A DNA stretch of 20,000 bases, from positions 54,384 through 74,383 of the IMG/VR virus record IMGVR_UViG_3300034102_003702; one strand, 5' to 3'. The position numbers and the translations under genes are program-made. Below the pieces are notes generated by a model. That model had not been told where the DNA came from, searched no databases, and saw nothing but the letters and a program-made list of their open reading frames with translations. This stretch comes from an uncultured virus (IMG/VR IMGVR_UViG_3300034102_003702). Lineage: Duplodnaviria; Heunggongvirae; Uroviricota; Caudoviricetes. This document shows, in pieces, positions 17,341 to 20,000 of this stretch. Position 1 is the first letter of the stretch. The number at the start of each line of letters is the position of its first letter.

Positions 17341-18003
17341 ATGGCACTTGCTCACTCACCCTCTATAACTACATCAGGATTAGTCCTTTGTTTAGATGCA
17401 GGAAACACAAAGTCTTATCCTGGTTCTGGAACCACTTGGACTGATTTGAGTGGTAATGGTAATAATGGAACTTTTGTAAATACACCAACTTATAGTAGTT
17501 CTAATAAAGGAAGTATTATATTTGATAGTACAGACTATGTTACCACTTCCGCAGTTGTTGAATCAGCAACAAATTCAAACTTACAGACTTTTAGTGGATG
17601 GTTGGTGGGTGATGGAGCATTATTTGGAAGTAATGCGAGCGGAATAGGTCAGAATCATTTGCGAGCATCTTTAAGTGGAACAACTTTAACTTATCGAGTA
17701 TCTTATTACGGCGGTGCCGCTGGAGAAATAGATGATACTACCACAGTTTCTCCATTTTCCATTAATAACATTGTAATCGTTAAAACAGCAGCAGAAAAAT
17801 ATGATGTTTATTTTAATGCTGTTAAAGTTATGAATCAAGTGACAAAAAAAGCATCAGTTAGCACTTCATTTTATCCTGGACTTTATTATAGTGGTTCATA
17901 TAATAACGGAACTGTTTGTAACTATATGATATACAACAGAGCACTCACAGCATCAGAAATCCAACAAAACTTCAACGCACTCCGAGGTCGTTTCTCAATT
18001 TAA
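17341..18003 (+). CDS. Concanavalin A-like lectin/LamG-domain virion protein 1
   Basis: GLVLCLDAGNTKSYPGSGTTWTDLSGNGNNGT...IYNRALTASEIQQNFNALRGRF. Confidence 0.8.
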   Translation: MALAHSPSITTSGLVLCLDAGNTKSYPGSGTTWTDLSGNGNNGTFVNTPTYSSSNKGSIIFDSTDYVTTSAVVESATNSNLQTFSGWLVGDGALFGSNASGIGQNHLRASLSGTTLTYRVSYYGGAAGEIDDTTTVSPFSINNIVIVKTAAEKYDVYFNAVKVMNQVTKKASVSTSFYPGLYYSGSYNNGTVCNYMIYNRALTASEIQQNFNALRGRFSI

Positions 18004-18011
18004 CCTAAATA
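18004..18011 (+). promoter_or_regulatory. T4-like late promoter (CCTAAATA)
   Basis: Directly after the stop codon; GAGG ribosome-binding site before the ATG at 18038. Confidence 0.65.
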
Positions 18012-18037
18012 CAAAAACGAAGAGGTATTGAGAGAGA

Positions 18038-18691
18038 ATGGGAATTGCTTATAATCCACGCACAGTTACTGATGGATTAGTTCTGTGTCTTGATGCGGGC
18101 AATACAAAGTCTTATCCTGGTTCTGGAACCACTTGGACTGATTTGAGTGGTAATGGATATAATATGACTTTAACAGGCAGTCCAACATTTACATCAACAA
18201 ATGGAGGTGTTCTTCAGTTTAATGGTTCAACACAGTATGGAACTTTAAGTTCTTTGAATTATTCTGGATCTACTTTCACTATTATTGCAGCAGCAAGATA
18301 TTCTGGTGCAACTAGAGGAAGGATAATAACTTCAAATACTAATAACTGGTTATTAGGTCATTGGGGTTCTACTACAGAAAATTATTATGCCGAAGGTTGG
18401 ATAAGTGCTGTTGGTGCTGGTGCTAATGATACAAACTGGAGAATACTTGCTGCAACAGAAAACTATGGTTCAGACTTAAGAAGTTTATATGTAAATAATG
18501 CTGTTAAAGTTTCAAACTCAACTTCAGGGTCAGCAGGATTTAATGGATTGAGTGTTGGTAGGTGGGGAGGAGGAGCATCAGAATATTCAACTTGCGAAGT
18601 TTCATTCATCTATGTTTATAATAGAATTTTATCTACAACTGAATTAACACAAAACTATAATGCATTAAGAGGGAGGTTTGGTCTTACCTAA
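18038..18691 (+). CDS. Concanavalin A-like lectin/LamG-domain virion protein 2
   Basis: Same terminal motifs as paralogue 1 (YNRILSTTELTQNYNALRGRFG) around a different core. Confidence 0.8.
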   Translation: MGIAYNPRTVTDGLVLCLDAGNTKSYPGSGTTWTDLSGNGYNMTLTGSPTFTSTNGGVLQFNGSTQYGTLSSLNYSGSTFTIIAAARYSGATRGRIITSNTNNWLLGHWGSTTENYYAEGWISAVGAGANDTNWRILAATENYGSDLRSLYVNNAVKVSNSTSGSAGFNGLSVGRWGGGASEYSTCEVSFIYVYNRILSTTELTQNYNALRGRFGLT

Positions 18692-18694
18692 ATA
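18687..18694 (+). promoter_or_regulatory. T4-like late promoter (CCTAAATA)
   Basis: Overlaps the stop codon; same octamer as at 18004. Confidence 0.65.
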
Positions 18695-18711
18695 CTAATA
18701 AAATCTTAAAA

Positions 18712-19899
18712 ATGGGTGCGTTCTCCGGTCCAGACATTTTAGAAAGTGGACTAGTTCTTGCATTAGACGCTGCAAATAAGAAATCATACTCTCAAAATGA
18801 GTTTCAGTATTCTACTGATATTTTTGCTTGGTATAATAGTAGTTCAGGAAACGCATCAACAATATCAAGAGATACTATAAGTTCTCCAGTTGGCAATACT
18901 CCATTGAAAATGGCAGTAACTGGAAATGATCCACATCTGGGAAGCTATAACTCTGGTGTTTGGAATATTGCACCTGCTGCAAATGGACAAACTTGGGTTG
19001 TAAGTGTATATGTGAAAGCAGATGTTGCTACTACAGGACAGATTTTTATTTTTGGTGCAAATAGTGCTGGAACTGGATTTGTTGGTGGTGCTTGGTTAGC
19101 AATATCTGCAGTTGGTTTTAATATAACGACTGAATGGACCAGAGTAAGTCATTATATTACTATGGCAAACGCAGATATTGCTTATATTCATACAAGATTA
19201 GACGGTCCAGATAGTGGAGGAACTGGTCAAAATATTTGGTGGGATGGACTACAAGTAGAAAGAGTACCTTCAGGAACTACAACACCAACGCCATTTACTT
19301 CATCTTATTATGGTGGAAGTGTTTATAAAGATTTGGTTGGTTCTAATAATGGAACTTTAGTAAATTATCCAACTTATAATGGGTCTAATGGAGGTTCTTT
19401 GGTTTTTGATGGTGTGAATGATTATGTAAATTTGGGGTCATTTTTTAATTATACCAATTTTACTATTTCTTTGTGGGTATATCCAGGTTCAACTCAAGTT
19501 CAATACGCGGATATTTTTGATAATAATCATACCGGAGGTCAAAATTTTGTTTGTCAACAAAACAGTACAACTACTAATCAATACAGTTTTTCTTGTATTA
19601 ATGCAACAAATGGTAGTGGTACATCAGTATTTAATTTGACCGCAAATACTTGGACATTTCTTACATTTACTTGGAATAATAGTGTTGCAAGTGCTTATAT
19701 TAATGGAGTATTTCACTCCAGTGGAGCAGCAGCAAATCCAATTAATTATTCATCTCAATATTTAAGATTAGGAACTTGGGGAGGTGGTGGTAGAAATTGG
19801 AATGGTAGAATATCTAATTTTATAGCGCATAATCGTGTCCTCACAGCATCAGAAATCCAACAAAATTACATAGCAACTAAATCCAGATACGGGCTCTGA
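18712..19899 (+). CDS. LamG-domain protein 3 with an inserted carbohydrate-binding-module-like domain
   Basis: GLVLALDAANKKSY; insert with VSVYVKA...ITTEWTRVS...WDGLQVE; then FDGVNDYV...FTISLWVYP...WTFLTFTW...YING...NRVLTASEIQQNY. Confidence 0.8.
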   Translation: MGAFSGPDILESGLVLALDAANKKSYSQNEFQYSTDIFAWYNSSSGNASTISRDTISSPVGNTPLKMAVTGNDPHLGSYNSGVWNIAPAANGQTWVVSVYVKADVATTGQIFIFGANSAGTGFVGGAWLAISAVGFNITTEWTRVSHYITMANADIAYIHTRLDGPDSGGTGQNIWWDGLQVERVPSGTTTPTPFTSSYYGGSVYKDLVGSNNGTLVNYPTYNGSNGGSLVFDGVNDYVNLGSFFNYTNFTISLWVYPGSTQVQYADIFDNNHTGGQNFVCQQNSTTTNQYSFSCINATNGSGTSVFNLTANTWTFLTFTWNNSVASAYINGVFHSSGAAANPINYSSQYLRLGTWGGGGRNWNGRISNFIAHNRVLTASEIQQNYIATKSRYGL

Positions 19900-19900
19900 T

Positions 19901-19956
19901 CCACTTTAAAAACTGTCCACTGACCTCCCAAAACCGACTTGGGAGGTTTTATAGTA
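19901..19956 (+). promoter_or_regulatory. Putative cyanophage early-type promoter
   Basis: CCACTT...AACTGTCCAC upstream element plus TATAGT -10-like hexamer at 19950-19955; resembles my recollection of T4-like cyanophage early promoters. Confidence 0.45.
19922..19950 (+). terminator. Hairpin, probable terminator of the late cluster
   Basis: GACCTCCCAA-AACCGAC-TTGGGAGGTT followed by TT; the U-tract is short. Confidence 0.55.
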
Positions 19957-19978
19957 GGTGGAGACACACAAAGACCCT

Positions 19979-20000
19979 ATGCGGTTCTCCAACCTAGACC
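19979..20000 (+). CDS. Possible start of a small ORF (MRFSNLD...) running off the window
   Basis: ATG at 19979 downstream of the putative promoter; only 7 codons are visible. Confidence 0.35.

Noticed and set aside
431..17444. Remaining short ORFs nested in or overlapping long genes (for example 431-655, 582-812, 3335-3529, 8619-8866, 10280-10691, 11749-12860, 16626-17444)
   Set aside because: They overlap well-supported genes and show no motifs; Pro/His runs are antisense shadows of glycine codons.
1947..19899. Diversity-generating retroelement or invertase shufflon acting on fibre genes
   Set aside because: No reverse transcriptase or recombinase in the window; the repeats found are exact direct copies, not adenine-specific variants or inverted sites.
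1..20000. tRNA, rRNA, intron, intein or homing endonuclease
   Set aside because: Intergenic gaps are all short, and I saw no such motifs.

Overview
AT-rich, densely coding window with every credible gene on the + strand, most consistent with the tail-fibre/host-recognition region of a T4-like (Kyanoviridae-like, possibly freshwater) cyanomyophage. Support: T4-type late promoter motifs (NATAAATA/NCTAAATA) before most genes, a T4 gp37-like N-terminus, and a 1478-aa collagen-containing fibre with a C-terminal peptidase S74-type chaperone. Structural genes (fibre segments, collagen-like proteins, a two-module glycine-rich adhesin resembling the ALK/LTK glycine-rich domain, three LamG-like paralogues) are interleaved with two enzyme cassettes. 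The first is a TPR-like/SAM methyltransferase plus a DUF6165-like gene. The second is a coupled operon of a beta-propeller glyco-enzyme, a TPR-like/FkbM/radical SAM triple fusion and a 2OG-Fe(II) oxygenase. The most interesting hypothesis is a late-expressed virion glycan building/tailoring system acting on Thr-rich, nearly Pro-free collagen fibres, alongside repeat-mediated shuffling of receptor-binding modules. All family assignments come from motif recognition by eye; no searches were run.
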